This document shows, piece after piece, positions 62,260 through 64,000 of a DNA stretch of 64,000 nucleotides. The notes under the pieces are model-generated. The model had not been told where the DNA came from and ran no database searches. It was given only the letters and a program-made list of their open reading frames with translations. A program made the position numbers and the translations under genes. The DNA is from Asterias rubens (Eukaryota): positions 19,840,001-19,904,000 of the forward strand of contig NC_047063.1 of the NCBI RefSeq assembly GCF_902459465.1, in the 5' to 3' direction. Positions within the stretch are counted from its first letter, which is position 1. Every line of letters begins with the position of its first letter.

Positions 62260-63180
62260 ATTTTAATTGACCAAGACATGGGGACAAAAAATCACCCAAA
62301 ATATTCAACATGGTGTTGGAAGAGGTTTTCAAGAACACTTTACTGGATGAGAAGGAAGGGGTACATTATCGATGGAGAAATGTTATTAGATCTATGCTTT
62401 GCAGATGATGTGGCTCTATCACCTCTTCTGCTAATTACTTAGAAGTGCAAATTAATGAAGTAAACAGCAAAAATAAAGACAATGATTTGAGGATGCACAA
62501 GGAAAAGTTCATGACCAACTTCAATACAGATGACTCAATAATGGTGGAGGACCAAGGGATCGCCAGGGTCAATGAATATTAATACTGTACAAAACAGTAA
62601 AACTGAAATACATCACAAAAGATGAAGCATCAACCAGGATTAAGACAGGATGGAGCTCCTTTGGTCGACACAGAGGAATATTTTTTGATAGGAACATACC
62701 TACATGGTATATGGTATTGAGGAGAACAATAATAGGATCAGTGTGGGCTATCAACAATAACTTATGGAGCAGAAACATAGACAGACAACAACAAAACTGA
62801 TAGAACATAAACTCTGCACACCAACAAAAGCAATGGAGAGACGAGTGCTACAGTTTTTAATATAGAGACAGGATTAAATGCACAGAAACAAGAGAGAACA
62901 GAGGAATAATATGAAAAAGCCTATATGGAGATAGGATGGACACTTTACCCTTAGAACTGACAATAATTATATGGACAACAAGAATCATGGATTGGCAACC
63001 AAGGACAGGGAAAGGGAAGAGAGGTACATGTAGACAGAGAAGAAGATCATCACGGAGAGATGACATCATGCAGGAGCAACATGAACCAGAACTGCAAGTA
63101 ATAGAAATGAATGGCATTTACATGAGGAGGGACATATCCTACACTGGATGCGTACACAGCCTAAGTGATGGTCTTTAAAA
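62260..63180 (+). pseudogene. Decayed RTE-clade LINE RT fragment
   Basis: SPKIFNMVLEEVF, DGEMLLDLCFADDVAL, and C-terminal WTTRIMDWQPRTGK..RRDDI, with frameshifts. Confidence 0.75.
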
Positions 63181-63399
63181 GTACATTATTATGTGACGTC
63201 ACTTACGACATAACTGAATAATTTTCATCTCTGAATATCTAACTAAATGTGAAATTTCTGTGGGAGCTGCTGCTCGCTGGATGTTTCTGGTATGGAATCG
63301 ATAAAATGGAACTGGAACTGAACGACTGTTTTCGGGTACCCATAATTATACCTAGTTAACTGCTACGGGCTTACAGTGGACCAAATTGTTCTGGATGGT

Positions 63400-63935
63400 G
63401 GACTCCAAGAGTAGATAATGGAATGAAGACCTGTGTGGATAATGCTAATCGCGTGCGCGCTTCCAGTGTACAGTGTGGGCGAGGGTGCTATCTGCATGCT
63501 GGTGACTTAAACATCATGGAAGATGATGGTACTGTTCTCCTTAAGTTCAATGGTCAATTTGATGAGTGCATGCTGGTTGTTCAGGTGTTGGAGGAACTGG
63601 TGATCGAGTGTTGTCTTGACAAAACCGACATGAATGTTGAACTTGTGTTGGTGATATGGTGCTGTGTGAAGCCAATTGGGTGGAGGATCTTGGTGAGATG
63701 TCTGGCCATATTGTAGGTTGGTGAACCCCTGGACACCACTATGTCGTGGAGGGGAGCATCAAGATTGTGTATCTTGGGTTGTCTGAGGAATCGAGGGCAG
63801 GGGATTCAGAGAGCTCTAGAATGCAAAATAAAATTACTCTAAATTGGTGTGCTAATGGCTTGACACAAATGGAGCTGCTTTGTGATCTTGCATTCAATAT
63901 CCAGAATGGGGTTTCTTGTAGGTGTCTGTCCCTAA
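63400..63935 (-). pseudogene. Internally deleted Penelope-like RT fragment
   Basis: Homologous to 57900-58200, and also encodes FLQHLNNQHALIKLTIELKENSTIIFHDV. Confidence 0.75.
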
Positions 63936-64000
63936 CACAACTCCAACCCTCATCCTAACCCTAACCCTAGTTCTACCCGGGAGTTCTATCACCCTAACCC

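Noticed and set aside
63940-64000. CCCTAA units as a true telomere
   Set aside because: Few, interrupted units, and similar units occur internally at about 58430.

Overview
AT-rich, intron- and repeat-rich animal genomic DNA. The repeat complement (DeuSINE, Kolobok, L2, Penelope) suggests an invertebrate deuterostome such as an echinoderm, but this is inference. I assembled four spliced genes by hand with consistent splice phases. (1) The 5' end of an SLC2A13/HMIT transporter (- strand). (2) A divergently transcribed 12-coding-exon gene (+ strand, 503 aa), mostly missed by the ORF track, combining a degenerate cGAS/Mab-21-like nucleotidyltransferase region with a variant MYND zinc finger. (3) An apparently motor-less myosin-VII-tail (MyTH4-FERM) gene (- strand, 630 aa) with an N-terminal [10 protein letters not shown] repeat, an AT-AC U12 intron and a GC-AG intron. 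(4) THNSL1 (- strand, 765 aa) with an intronic L2 LINE. The rest is MITEs (Kolobok, Harbinger-like, CMC-like), tRNA-derived SINEs, decayed Penelope and RTE fragments, and minimal hammerhead ribozyme motifs. No CRISPR arrays, rRNA or true tRNA genes were found. Repeat boundaries are approximate unless a TSD is quoted. No database searches were run.
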